Shown here: piece after piece, positions 38,469-48,165 of the stretch | Layout: every line of letters starts with the position of its first letter | Position numbering within the stretch: position 1 is the first letter of the stretch | Source of the DNA: Escherichia phage vB_EcoM_SQ17 | Strand: one strand, 5' to 3' | Sequence record: MW882907 | DNA length: 64,000 nt | Position numbers and translations under genes: made by a program | Notes under the pieces: model-generated | Told to the model about the DNA's origin: nothing | Seen by the model: only the letters and a program-made list of their open reading frames with translations | Database searches by the model: none

Positions 38469-39330
38469 TTAAATTTTTCCTCATGAATTCAGAAACTAAA
38501 GCCTGTAAAGAACTTTGTATAGGATATCCTAAATTGACTAAATTTTTAGAAAAAGTCACATATTTAGGTTTGTTCATTTTAACCCATTCAACGTAAAGCA
38601 TATCAAAATTTTCCCAATGATATCCTTTTCTTCTAGATTTCAAATGAGTGTCTCTAACTTTAGGATTTTTCCAACTGCGTGAAACTCCAGCCGATAATGA
38701 TTCTCTATATTCGGCTGTTTTAGATATTTTACGACAAGCATCCAAATGTTTTTGTTTATTAATAGGGTCACTAAACCACTTTTGGGTCATAATAGAGACG
38801 GTTTCTTTAAATTCCTTTGAACTTGTCATAATTCTGTGTTTCTTTAAATTTTCCGGATTTTTAAACCATGCTTTTAAAGCTTGACTAATCTTAATTCTAT
38901 TATCCTGATTGGAATAGTATAATGTCATTTTTATAGAATTAACTTTACAAACATTTTCGAATTCTAAAGAATACACCTCGGCTATATTATTTAGTTCATG
39001 CGTTGTACAATTTAAATTAAATCGCCCGGTATACATTCTTTGAAGCGCGTTAATCATCTTGTGGTTGCCAGTTTTTGCCAAAATGCTATGTGCAATAAAA
39101 TGGTTATAATGACTTAAATGACACAAGTTCCATTTACATGTTTTAAAATCTGGAAAAATAGATTTTGGTAGTATATGGTGAACCTGAGTCAGTCCTTTTA
39201 CTTTATTAGTGGAATTAGTTTTTATAAAGTTTAAATACTCATCAAGTCCTTCCCACGAAGGGAAGGAGGTTTTAAGAATTTTATAAATTTGAGTTTCATA
39301 ATCAGTCTTCGTCATTATACGCGTCCTCAA
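38455..39330 (-). CDS. HNH homing endonuclease with NUMOD-like repeats, inserted between genes 47 and 46
   Basis: 291 aa; VHHILPKSIF ... NHFIAHSILA HNH core; repeated basic modules (KNPENLKKH, KWFSDPINKQKH, SWKNPKVRDTH). Confidence 0.75.
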   Translation of the reverse strand: MRTRIMTKTDYETQIYKILKTSFPSWEGLDEYLNFIKTNSTNKVKGLTQVHHILPKSIFPDFKTCKWNLCHLSHYNHFIAHSILAKTGNHKMINALQRMYTGRFNLNCTTHELNNIAEVYSLEFENVCKVNSIKMTLYYSNQDNRIKISQALKAWFKNPENLKKHRIMTSSKEFKETVSIMTQKWFSDPINKQKHLDACRKISKTAEYRESLSAGVSRSWKNPKVRDTHLKSRRKGYHWENFDMLYVEWVKMNKPKYVTFSKNLVNLGYPIQSSLQALVSEFMRKNLSENI

Positions 39331-39559
39331 TACATGCTTCAGCCATTTTAAGAATAGAGCCAGGAGTATCGTTGTCCATTATATTAAAGCTAAATTCAAT
39401 AGCCCAGTCGGTGCAGACATGAACTGCTTTAACTTCATTGCCTTCAACGCGTAATGGCTCAATCCAATACTTGATAGTGTTCTCGAATCCATCATCGTCT
39501 TTAACGTCCATTTCAACTTCAAGTCGAAGCCCAGCATTATTAAATTCATCTAAAGTCAT
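39302..39559 (-). CDS. hypothetical protein
   Basis: 85 aa acidic ORF between gene 47 and the HNH gene. Confidence 0.45.
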   Translation of the reverse strand: MTLDEFNNAGLRLEVEMDVKDDDGFENTIKYWIEPLRVEGNEVKAVHVCTDWAIEFSFNIMDNDTPGSILKMAEACIEDAYNDED

Positions 39560-40575
39560 TGTGTTGCCTCAATATAAAGTTCGTTGGAATATTTGACCAG
39601 CGCTTCTCTGTCTTCGTCTGAGATATCTGGAATCGCGTCAATATATTCTTTAATGATATCTTGAAGTGATTTAATCTCGATTTCCTGGTCGTCATCAGAT
39701 TCAACACTGTTATCAACTTTAGAAACCATACGAAGAGAGTGAACTACTTTTTCAAGTTCGGATTCAAACTTAGTCAACTCTAAATCAATTTCTGATACTA
39801 TAACACGTAAGGCTAGATTAGTATAATCAGAATAATTGATTTTGCCTTTAAACGGATAAGTGATTCGTCGATGCCATGTTGTTTCATTAGGAATAAATTC
39901 CATACGTTCAACATCAGTGTCAAATACCCAGAATCCGCGTGGGTCGTTTTCATCACCTGCAGTAAGGGTCCATGGTGTCCCAATATATTTAACGTTAGCA
40001 GCTTCAGAGATTGTGTGGAAGTGGCCGGACCAGACTTGTTTATAGGTCTTTAAGAAATCAGGTTCAAGCCCATGAGACTTCATTCCTTTATAGAAATAAA
40101 AACCATTCAGTTCCCAGTGCCCAACACAATACGCTGCGGAAGAAGTCTTGATGTGCTCTAAGATTTCACCTGTATTTTCTTCGCACATCCATGGAACGAT
40201 ATCAATCAGACATCCGTCAAAATCTACGGTAGTTGGATGCTCGTAAATAGTAAAGTTTTCAAATTGAGTTAACAATTCAGAAACAGTGTTAGGTGTTATT
40301 GTATTCTTAAACGCCATGTCATGGTTTCCTATCGTGACATGAACGTGAATGCCTGCTTTAGAAATCATATCAACGATTTCACGATTGAATTCCATTGTAC
40401 GATGTGTTATTGCTTTACGGACGTCAAACCAATCACCGTACTGAATCCAAGTTTTAATCCCGTGTTTCTTAGAGTATTCAATTGCTTGACGAATACCATC
40501 ACGTTGAATATCTTGAACCCATGGGTCATCTTGTTTGACTCCGATATGGAAGTCGCCTAAGTGCAAAATTTTCAT
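39556..40575 (-). CDS. 47: recombination endonuclease subunit (Mre11/SbcD-like phosphoesterase)
   Basis: 339 aa; calcineurin-like motifs LGDFH, GDWFD, GNHD, GHWE..GH. Confidence 0.9.
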   Translation of the reverse strand: MKILHLGDFHIGVKQDDPWVQDIQRDGIRQAIEYSKKHGIKTWIQYGDWFDVRKAITHRTMEFNREIVDMISKAGIHVHVTIGNHDMAFKNTITPNTVSELLTQFENFTIYEHPTTVDFDGCLIDIVPWMCEENTGEILEHIKTSSAAYCVGHWELNGFYFYKGMKSHGLEPDFLKTYKQVWSGHFHTISEAANVKYIGTPWTLTAGDENDPRGFWVFDTDVERMEFIPNETTWHRRITYPFKGKINYSDYTNLALRVIVSEIDLELTKFESELEKVVHSLRMVSKVDNSVESDDDQEIEIKSLQDIIKEYIDAIPDISDEDREALVKYSNELYIEATQ

Positions 40576-40621
40576 ATTATTTCCTCATTAGTTAATTCAT
40601 TCTATCATCCGTTTATAAAGC

Positions 40622-40646
40622 AAAAAAAGGAACTCCGAAGAGTTCC
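40622..40646 (-). terminator. rho-independent terminator (GGAACTC-TTCG-GAGTTCC + U7)
   Basis: perfect 7-bp stem and tetraloop followed by a T7 run on minus strand, upstream of gene 47. Confidence 0.55.
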
Positions 40647-40858
40647 TATCCACATAGTACACCGTACAGAGGCTCATTTGAACTTTTAAATCGAATGGGC
40701 TTGTATGTAATAGTTCCTTCGGCTTTAGCTTTATCATAAGACTCTTTAAAACGTCTCATTCTTTCTGCTTTGCCTTTACGGATTTTATCGAAATTTTCAG
40801 AAGTCGGGATGTTCGTCATGCATAAGCACCTCTCAGAAAATACCTAAATCGATTTCTC

Positions 40859-41080
40859 TCATCGTTTCCACCATTTCTTAACTTGAAATGAATCAACCCA
40901 CACGAGTTGTTTTGGGTCTGCCTTTACAATAGGCGGACAAATTTCTGTAATAGAACCGTCGTGATATTCCTTTTCAGAGATTTTAACACAAAGAGGACCT
41001 CCCAATTTAAGGGTGAACCCTGCGTTCAGCTTCAGTCGTTTAAACTTTGTTTGAACTAGCGCCATTAATGATGTCCTCAA
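40859..41080 (-). CDS. hypothetical protein
   Basis: 73 aa ORF in the region where T4 carries alpha-gt. Confidence 0.4.
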   Translation of the reverse strand: MRTSLMALVQTKFKRLKLNAGFTLKLGGPLCVKISEKEYHDGSITEICPPIVKADPKQLVWVDSFQVKKWWKR

Positions 41081-41363
41081 TAGCCTGACGAGTAGTAACC
41101 CACTGGATTTTAATTAACTTGTCATTGTATGGTTGTCGTAGAATATCCCGAGATTTCTTAATAGCATATTCGTAAGCTTCGAAGTTGTTTTGAATTGCTG
41201 CTTCTTGAGCATGAGCATAAAGACGGTTTAGTTCAAAACGATTCTTTTTAAGAATCTTTTCGGATTTTTTACGTGCTTCAGCTTCATTTTTCTTTTGGAT
41301 TTCTTGTAGCATTTTAGCTACTGCATCTTCTGCTTCTTTATTTTCAATAATCTCGGTAGTCAT
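41040..41363 (-). CDS. hypothetical protein
   Basis: 107 aa ORF, Lys/Glu-rich. Confidence 0.4.
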   Translation of the reverse strand: MTTEIIENKEAEDAVAKMLQEIQKKNEAEARKKSEKILKKNRFELNRLYAHAQEAAIQNNFEAYEYAIKKSRDILRQPYNDKLIKIQWVTTRQAIEDIINGASSNKV

Positions 41364-41364
41364 A

Positions 41365-41574
41365 TTATCTCATTAAATTAAAATAAAAACGTCCATCCTC
41401 TTCAATACAGAACTCATACTCAACCGGAGTCCCATTTATCGAAAATGACACGTCATGTGGGTTCAAAGGGTCGATGTCAAAATTAATTTTAAATTCACGA
41501 CCCAACAGTTTTACCAAATAAGGGATTGCTTCGTCAAAAGGTTCTTCTAAGTAGTTAGAGATGTCAATTGTCAT
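41365..41574 (-). CDS. hypothetical protein
   Basis: start moved to internal ATG to limit overlap with gene 55. Confidence 0.4.
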   Translation of the reverse strand: MTIDISNYLEEPFDEAIPYLVKLLGREFKINFDIDPLNPHDVSFSINGTPVEYEFCIEEDGRFYFNLMR

Positions 41575-42139
41575 CCTCATATAAAAAATCCAAACTAGGC
41601 GAATCGCTAACAACTTCCTTCTTTTCAGCCCCAGGAGCTTTATAAGCGGATTCTTCATAATGCGTCATTTTATCGTAGATGTCTTGAATAAACGTTTCAT
41701 CTACCAACGCTACCATATCATCGTCATGACTGTCGTAGACATTATGAACGAAGTAACTATATTTCTTTGCAACTTCCTTACGTTCTTTTTTGATACGTTG
41801 GACAAAAGCATTAAAACAAGCTCGAGTTATGTATGCATGTGGGTTATTGTACTTAGTTTCGTCGAAATTATGAAGTCCCTTAATAGAGGCTTCAATCCCA
41901 TCTGCAATCATCTCCTGCTTCCAAGACTGGGTATATCCTGAAAAGTTGAAACGTTTGGACAGGCCTTCGGCGATAAGCATAATTGCTAAACCGATGGTAT
42001 CATTCTGACGAATAATTTTGTTTGGGTCTTTATTATTTAAGAGCTCCTTTTTCCACTCGATTATAGCGGCGAGAAGCTCTTTATTATTCACATAGTTATT
42101 TTTAGGTTTTTGTTCAGTCATAAGTACCTCTTGGCTCAA
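41564..42139 (-). CDS. 55: late-transcription sigma factor
   Basis: 191 aa; NYVNNKELL ... [33 protein letters not shown] matches remembered T4 gp55. Confidence 0.85.
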   Translation of the reverse strand: MSQEVLMTEQKPKNNYVNNKELLAAIIEWKKELLNNKDPNKIIRQNDTIGLAIMLIAEGLSKRFNFSGYTQSWKQEMIADGIEASIKGLHNFDETKYNNPHAYITRACFNAFVQRIKKERKEVAKKYSYFVHNVYDSHDDDMVALVDETFIQDIYDKMTHYEESAYKAPGAEKKEVVSDSPSLDFLYEDDN

Positions 42140-42193
42140 TTCATAGGTCTATTATATCATAATATTTAGAGACCTATCTTAAAGCACGAGATA

Positions 42194-42463
42194 CTATCGG
42201 AGCAAACAATAAGCCTGAAACACTTTTTCCATTAAACGTTTGAACTCATGGATATCGATATAAAGCTCAGTAAGACCGGCATTATAAAGAAAATCTAAAA
42301 AGTTCTCATGTGTTTCGTTATAGTCGCCTTCGTTTAATTGAGATACATGAGTTTCCCAAAAACCAACACCTTTAACGAATGGAAAATACGTGACTTTCAT
42401 GTATTCGTCAACATAAAATTCGCCCAGCTTTTCTTCAGTTATACTGATTCGAGTTAATTTCAT
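42194..42463 (-). CDS. hypothetical protein
   Basis: 89 aa ORF in the array. Confidence 0.4.
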   Translation of the reverse strand: MKLTRISITEEKLGEFYVDEYMKVTYFPFVKGVGFWETHVSQLNEGDYNETHENFLDFLYNAGLTELYIDIHEFKRLMEKVFQAYCLLR

Positions 42464-42687
42464 TCTAGTTCCTTTGCTGCTTCAAGAGCAGCATCCAACG
42501 AATCAAATTGGTCAACGAAATCAATATTCAACGCATCGTCAACCGTAGCATATAACCACCATTGTTTGAATTCGTATTCTAGAATAAATCCAGGACCTTC
42601 AATCTGAGGAAGACCTAGACTATTTGTACCAACTTCGTAACCAGCTAGACGCAGGTCATTAATCAAAGTTTCTGTTAATACGCTCAT
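42460..42687 (-). CDS. hypothetical protein
   Basis: 75 aa ORF; start overlaps upstream stop. Confidence 0.4.
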   Translation of the reverse strand: MSVLTETLINDLRLAGYEVGTNSLGLPQIEGPGFILEYEFKQWWLYATVDDALNIDFVDQFDSLDAALEAAKELE

Positions 42688-43055
42688 TTTACCGCCTTAA
42701 CAATTTTCAGGTCAACGAATTTTTTCTTACGTTGATTTTTCATACGACGGATAGTTTTTTCAGAGATTTCATGTTTCTGATAAGCTTTAGATTCAACACC
42801 AAATGCAGCAACGTCAAATTCAGAAAGAATATATTGTACTAGAATTTCGCGAATAGAATTACGTCCAATTTTCTGGTCGTGTTTTTGCATGATTTCATAA
42901 AGACGGAATTCCCACGCGTCAAGAACTTGAGGAGTAACAATATTGCCGGATTCAAGAAGAGCAACAACTTTATCGAAAGCGAAAGAATTAACTACATTTT
43001 TGATTTTAGTAGACATATTATTTTCCTCGGTTGTTTTATTATCCAATGAGAGCAT
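42684..43055 (-). CDS. hypothetical protein
   Basis: 123 aa ORF. Confidence 0.4.
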   Translation of the reverse strand: MLSLDNKTTEENNMSTKIKNVVNSFAFDKVVALLESGNIVTPQVLDAWEFRLYEIMQKHDQKIGRNSIREILVQYILSEFDVAAFGVESKAYQKHEISEKTIRRMKNQRKKKFVDLKIVKAVK

Positions 43056-43082
43056 TATACTCTGCTCTCAAGAGTTTGTGCA

Positions 43083-43322
43083 TTATTTCGTGATAAGATA
43101 ATGTAAATAGTTTGCTTGACGAACACTGATATCAACACCCATATCAAAGATACCTTTATAGAACGGGTATTTGTTTTCAGTAGAATCTAGACTAAAAGCC
43201 TTTCCACCACAACTAACGGTAATAGCATCAGTTAAAGTGTCATATACAAACTTAATAGTTGAACCATTCACTACGACTTCAAGACGTTTTTTCGATGTAG
43301 TAATGTCTAATTCTTGTTCCAT
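43083..43322 (-). CDS. hypothetical protein
   Basis: 79 aa ORF. Confidence 0.4.
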   Translation of the reverse strand: MEQELDITTSKKRLEVVVNGSTIKFVYDTLTDAITVSCGGKAFSLDSTENKYPFYKGIFDMGVDISVRQANYLHYLITK

Positions 43323-43385
43323 GATATTTTCCTCATTTTAAGACGATAGGAAGATAATAACATGTCTTCCTATCGTTGTACATTA

Positions 43386-43598
43386 TTAACCGAACTTTTT
43401 AGCGCCTTTCCAGCCTTCGTACATAACTGCACAAGTCAGTAATACAGCGTGCTGGCATTCTTTGTATTTGTAAATCCAGAACCAGCGTAAGAAGTCTTCG
43501 TCCTCAACGCCGTTGAGTTTCATATTGGCAAAGAATTCGGCACGTTCTTCACGAAGTTGCCATGACACAATATTTTCAGGATTCATTTTGTGTTCCAC
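43386..43598 (-). CDS. hypothetical protein
   Basis: 70 aa ORF. Confidence 0.4.
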   Translation of the reverse strand: MEHKMNPENIVSWQLREERAEFFANMKLNGVEDEDFLRWFWIYKYKECQHAVLLTCAVMYEGWKGAKKFG

Positions 43599-43810
43599 GC
43601 CCCATTTTCATCGATGAACTTAATCCAGTCATTTACAGACCATTTAGTTGTATCACCCTTTGGATTAGCATTTAAAGTATATAATCCCTGCTTAAAAAGC
43701 ATTCGTTTGATATTCATAATTTCCTCAACTGTAACGATAACATTCGTTAGCTTTACGTTTGGCTTCAGTATGAGAAGTATTATAATCATAATCTTCTTTA
43801 CTGTAAACAT
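43583..43810 (-). CDS. hypothetical protein
   Basis: 75 aa ORF. Confidence 0.35.
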   Translation of the reverse strand: MFTVKKIMIIILLILKPNVKLTNVIVTVEEIMNIKRMLFKQGLYTLNANPKGDTTKWSVNDWIKFIDENGAWNTK

Positions 43811-44045
43811 CCTTTTTCAACTTACGAACTTCTTTGCGAAGTTGTCGATTCATTTCATTCTTGACTTCAGAATCAACGCCTTTCATACGTTTCCATTTAT
43901 CTGAGCGGAAAATGTTTTCAACCATGTCTTTGTGGCTAACACCGTCAGGAGCTTTACGTTTACCAAAATAGTCGTAATCACGAACTTTCAAATCTTTACG
44001 ACGATACGTTTTACCCATAAGTACCTCAGAGGTTGATTGATACAA
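43725..44045 (-). CDS. basic hypothetical protein
   Basis: 106 aa Lys/Arg-rich ORF; likely starts at an internal Met. Confidence 0.35.
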   Translation of the reverse strand: MYQSTSEVLMGKTYRRKDLKVRDYDYFGKRKAPDGVSHKDMVENIFRSDKWKRMKGVDSEVKNEMNRQLRKEVRKLKKDVYSKEDYDYNTSHTEAKRKANECYRYS

Positions 44046-44394
44046 TGCGTTTGATAAAATTCACTTCACTTACTGAAAGGTCTTTAAGACCGATTGATTC
44101 TAAACGCTGAGTAAGCGTCAACATTGGGATATAGTCCCAATGTGTTTTAGACGTTTGATAAGTACGGACGCCATTAGCAATTTCAACGTTCAAATCAGAA
44201 ATGGTAATGAACACCAGACGTTCGTTGTTTACATTAAGAGTTAGAACAACTTTCTTTGAATCCAAACTAATCATTTTATTTTCCTCTATAGTAGATGGTT
44301 TAATCTTAACACATCTATTGAGGATGTAAACTGTTTTATGAAAATATTTTCGATTTGAGAGGGGCACAAGGAGATAGTGAAGTGAAGATTCCAA
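44026..44394 (-). CDS. hypothetical protein
   Basis: 122 aa ORF. Confidence 0.4.
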   Translation of the reverse strand: MESSLHYLLVPLSNRKYFHKTVYILNRCVKIKPSTIEENKMISLDSKKVVLTLNVNNERLVFITISDLNVEIANGVRTYQTSKTHWDYIPMLTLTQRLESIGLKDLSVSEVNFIKRIVSINL

Positions 44395-44439
44395 TGGATT
44401 ATATTAGAAGTGAGATAAAGAAGACCAGGCGGCACCTGG

Positions 44440-44766
44440 TCAATCTTCTATGATATCAGAGTCATATCCTAATGAAATCAAGGACTTTTTAAACTCTGCA
44501 ATATTCTTTTGTTTCTTATCATTTAAAAATATGACAGGATAACGAATATTAAGTGAAGTGAATCCTGCACGTTTAGCAAGAGATACGATTAAAGGACGGT
44601 CATATTCAATCTTACCATTATTAGTGAGGACTTTATAAAATGTATAAGGAGCATTGAGCTCCTTTAAAAGTTTTGTAACAGTATAACATCCTGGACAACG
44701 TCCTACTTCTTCAGGGATGCCATAAATTTCAATCTTGTTCTTTAAGTTCGAGTTTTGTTCCACGAG
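44440..44766 (-). CDS. glutaredoxin/NrdH-like redoxin with CPGC active site
   Basis: redoxin fold motif IEIYGIPEEVGRCPGCY; no in-frame ATG anywhere in the domain; proposed GTG start at 44764-44766 preceded by AAGGA; overlaps upstream ORF. Confidence 0.5.
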   Translation of the reverse strand, partial: LVEQNSNLKNKIEIYGIPEEVGRCPGCYTVTKLLKELNAPYTFYKVLTNNGKIEYDRPLIVSLAKRAGFTSLNIRYPVIFLNDKKQKNIAEFKKSLISLGYDSDIIED

Positions 44767-45046
44767 AAATAATTCCTTGGTAAGCCCAATAAGGAGGATT
44801 AACAGAATCCTCGCCAGAGTTTTCTTCAGGAAAATAAACCTGGATAACAAATCCGGATTCATCAAAGGTAAAATAAACCGTAGGCAGTTCACCTAACAAT
44901 TCGGCACGAGCATTAATTTCTTCGAGATCTCGTTCACGTCCGGCCCAAAAACTAGGATTTAGACTACATTCATAAAAATAATAGTCATTACCGAACATAT
45001 CAAAACCTTTCCAACTCTCTACCACATACTGCTCAAAACTAATCAT
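44729..45046 (-). CDS. hypothetical protein
   Basis: 105 aa acidic ORF. Confidence 0.45.
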   Translation of the reverse strand: MISFEQYVVESWKGFDMFGNDYYFYECSLNPSFWAGRERDLEEINARAELLGELPTVYFTFDESGFVIQVYFPEENSGEDSVNPPYWAYQGIISRGTKLELKEQD

Positions 45047-45048
45047 AA

Positions 45049-45264
45049 TTAAGCCTTTTTATCAAGAACAGAATTCAGTTTATTAGTAATTTTGTCCAAA
45101 CGTTCATTGAATTCGCTGGAGGATAAACCCTTTTCAGGAGAAATTAAACTAATCACGAAAAATACAGCAGTAAAAGGAATAAGAAAAATAGCTCCAACTG
45201 CCATAAACAGAAAGAATGTTACAGTTGTAAGAAAATCAGCTAAACCTTTACGAAATTTATACAT
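45049..45264 (-). CDS. small membrane protein
   Basis: 71 aa with two hydrophobic segments. Confidence 0.4.
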   Translation of the reverse strand: MYKFRKGLADFLTTVTFFLFMAVGAIFLIPFTAVFFVISLISPEKGLSSSEFNERLDKITNKLNSVLDKKA

Positions 45265-45374
45265 ATTTACCCTTAATTAACTAAGCATTGATAAGCACTA
45301 AACTATATTGCGAATAAAATTCTGGACCAAAACGAAAAATCATATCATTTATAGTATCCATAATGTAATTCAAT

Positions 45375-45845
45375 TTAATCATGTTTCCACACCCCATCGG
45401 TATTTGACCAAAGTCGCTGATTATCTGATCCTCGCCACAGCTTTTTAGTCGGAAGATTTTTCTCATACTTCCCATCAATAATAACATCAACATATTTAAG
45501 CATTTCTAGTTGTTTAATATCTTCAAACTTATATCCTGTCCACAACCAAATGCTTTTATTAGGATAAAGATTTTTTACTGTTTGAACGATGCAATGAACA
45601 ACATCTCGGTTATCAGGATAGAGAGGGTCACCTCCGGTTATAGTCAATCCTTCTATATAATCATTATTCAAGCATTCAATTAATTGTTCTAGTGTCTCTC
45701 CAGTGAATGGAATGCCATTTCTAGCATTCCATGTTGATTTATTATAACACCCTTCGCATTTATGCAAACAACCTGTAACGAAAAGAACGACCCTGCATCC
45801 AGGGCCATTCACAAAATCGCAAGGATAAAATCTATCATAATTCAT
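45375..45845 (-). CDS. nrdG: anaerobic ribonucleotide reductase activating protein (radical SAM)
   Basis: 156 aa; CDFVNGPGCRVVLFVTGCLHKCEGCYN with the CxxxCxxC radical-SAM cluster motif; directly downstream of nrdD. Confidence 0.85.
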   Translation of the reverse strand: MNYDRFYPCDFVNGPGCRVVLFVTGCLHKCEGCYNKSTWNARNGIPFTGETLEQLIECLNNDYIEGLTITGGDPLYPDNRDVVHCIVQTVKNLYPNKSIWLWTGYKFEDIKQLEMLKYVDVIIDGKYEKNLPTKKLWRGSDNQRLWSNTDGVWKHD

Positions 45846-47150
45846 TGGTGTTTAACCCTATGCATGATTTCTTTATTTTTACCGAGATTAAATCCGCGTT
45901 CGTTCGGATTTCCCAAATAACCGCATGTTCTTCTTATAGTATTCATCTTTTTAGGATCACTTTCTCCACAAACTGAACAAACAAATCCGTTTTCAGTAGG
46001 AGTCATTTCATGGGTACTTCCACATGTAAAACATTTATCTACTGGCATATTAACACCAAAATAATCTAAATGTTGTGCAGCATAATCCCACACGGCCTCA
46101 AGACCTTTTAGGTTATTTTTCATATCAGGAAGTTCAACATAAGAAATGTGACCGCCTGTCGCAATGAAATGATATGGGGCTTCGCGAGAAATCTTTTCAA
46201 ACGGAGTAATATTTTCTTCTACTGAAACATGGAAACTATTAGTGTACCAGCCTTTATCAGTAACATCTTTTACACTTCCATATTTTTCGGTATCAAGTTT
46301 ACAGAAGCGATAGCACAGGTTTTCAGCAGGAGTAGAATACAAACTAAAAGCGAATCCGGTTCTTTCAGTCCATTGTTTAAGATGAATATTCATTTTAGTT
46401 AAAATTTCTTGTCCAATATCACGACCGACAAGAATATTCAATTCGTGAATACCAATGTATCCCAAAGACACTGAACTTCTACCGTTTTTAAATAACTCAA
46501 TTATATCGTCATCAGGTTTAAGACGAACACCGAATGCACCTTCTTGGTAAAGAATAGGAGCAACAGTAGCTTTAACACCCTTTAAAGAACTAATTCTGCA
46601 CATCAATGCTTCAAAACACAGATCCATTCGTTCATTGAATAATTCAACAAATTTCTGTTCATTGAATTGTGTTCCAATATAAGAATCTAACGCAATACGA
46701 GGAAGATTCAGTGTTACAACACCAAGATTATTACGTCCATCAAGAATTTCATTACCAGTCGAATCTTTCCATACACTCAAGAAACTACGGCAACCCATTG
46801 GAGAAACAGGAACAGATGAACCAGTGATAGCTTTATTATTCTTAACTGAAATAATATCAGGATACATTCTTTTGCTTGCACACTCTAGAGCAAGCTGCTT
46901 AATATCGTAGTTCGGGTCGTCTTTATAAAGATTGACACCCTCTTCAACGAACATAACAAGTTTAGGGAAAATAGGAGATATCCCATTGCGACCAAGACCT
47001 TTAATACGATTTTTCAGAATTGCTTTTTGAATCATTCGTTCAGTCCAGTCAGTTCCCGTACCAAATGTAATTGTTACAAAAGGCGTTTGTCCATTAGAGC
47101 TGAAAAGTGTATTTACTTCATCATTATATTCAGCATGAGTCGCAAATTCA
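45842..47150 (-). CDS. nrdD: anaerobic ribonucleotide reductase NrdD, exon 2 (3' splice boundary approximate)
   Basis: about 440 aa of class III RNR C-terminal region including the C-terminal zinc site CFTCGSTHEM...CSVCGE and glycyl-radical tail RTCGYLGNP; upstream limit set near the homing endonuclease stop. Confidence 0.7.
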
Positions 47151-47918
47151 TGCCCGTTTATATGAAACAACAAAATTTGGATAGTCCATAGATATGCAAC
47201 GTTCTTTTATAGTGCTAGGATGAAAATTTAGCGCTTTAGCTGCTTCTATATAAGACGTATACTTAATACCGTCAACAACCACATATTCAGGAACTTTATG
47301 AATAGTAGTCTTAATACTCAAAACAAGAGGATGAGTTTCGACTTCACTTTCAGTGCAATTTAAATATTCCGCTGCTTTTTTAAAACTTCTAAAAGTTTTA
47401 TTTTTAAGCTTTATCGATACTTGTTTTTTACTTTTTCGACTATTGATATTATTTTGCACATGTTCCTTAGATCTTCCGTTTTTAGCATAATATTCAGCTA
47501 CAGAAGATTTTATATTGTTTTTATGAGATTCGGATAACACTTTACCCTTATGAGCATCTCTTAATTTTTGAATATGTTCTTCAGTATCCGGATGCTTATA
47601 AAACTTTTTACCGCCTATGGATTTATTTAAACACTTTTTGCTATAAAAATATTTACGTATGACCTCTTCTTCATGTTTTAATGCATCTTTATAACTATCA
47701 AATGTTTTTAAAATTATCCATTTAGTAGGTGTATCAGTTTTTAAGCGTTCATTTATATACTTAGATGACGTTGTGTAAGTTTTCCAGTTTGTGGGCTTGT
47801 TTTTAATTGTTCTAAATTTTTTATAACCGATATAAATGTCACCATTAGAAAACTTAACTAAGTATGTAAATGCGTCTTTATCTTTTATTTTAGTACAACG
47901 TCTTTTTATCCATTTCAT
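47148..47918 (-). CDS. GIY-YIG homing endonuclease encoded within the nrdD group I intron (I-TevII-like)
   Basis: 256 aa; YLVKFSNGDIYIGY GIY-YIG motif; NUMOD3-like basic repeats; ATG preceded by GAGGTGAAACA; T4 has an intron ORF of similar size at this position. Confidence 0.75.
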   Translation of the reverse strand: MKWIKRRCTKIKDKDAFTYLVKFSNGDIYIGYKKFRTIKNKPTNWKTYTTSSKYINERLKTDTPTKWIILKTFDSYKDALKHEEEVIRKYFYSKKCLNKSIGGKKFYKHPDTEEHIQKLRDAHKGKVLSESHKNNIKSSVAEYYAKNGRSKEHVQNNINSRKSKKQVSIKLKNKTFRSFKKAAEYLNCTESEVETHPLVLSIKTTIHKVPEYVVVDGIKYTSYIEAAKALNFHPSTIKERCISMDYPNFVVSYKRA

Positions 47919-48165
47919 TGTTTCACCTCGTATTCATAAGATAATCTTATTTATACAAGATGACTGCTGCATGTCGCCATGCAGATTAGACTATATCTTC
48001 ATCTTTCGATGCCGGCCGTTTCGAATAGCATTAGCTTCTATTCTACACCGCTACATTCATCACGGTTAGTCGTTAGGCATTTAGTTCAAAAGAACATTTA
48101 GCACGGGATTGTCTACTAGAGAGGTTCCCCGTTTAGACCGGTTTTACATGAGCCTGAATTAAATT
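47150..48165 (-). mobile_element. group I self-splicing intron interrupting nrdD (boundaries approximate)
   Basis: nrdD reading frame is split into two ORFs separated by about 1 kb that contains about 240 nt of non-coding structured sequence (47920-48160) plus a homing endonuclease ORF; same arrangement as the T4 nrdD intron. Confidence 0.6.

Noticed and set aside
40576-41560. alpha-glucosyltransferase gene between 47 and 55
   Set aside because: only three ORFs of 70 to 107 aa and a terminator occupy the interval; nothing of glycosyltransferase size or motif is present
45281-45493. 70-aa minus-strand ORF overlapping the 3' part of nrdG
   Set aside because: different frame inside a well-supported radical-SAM gene; no independent support
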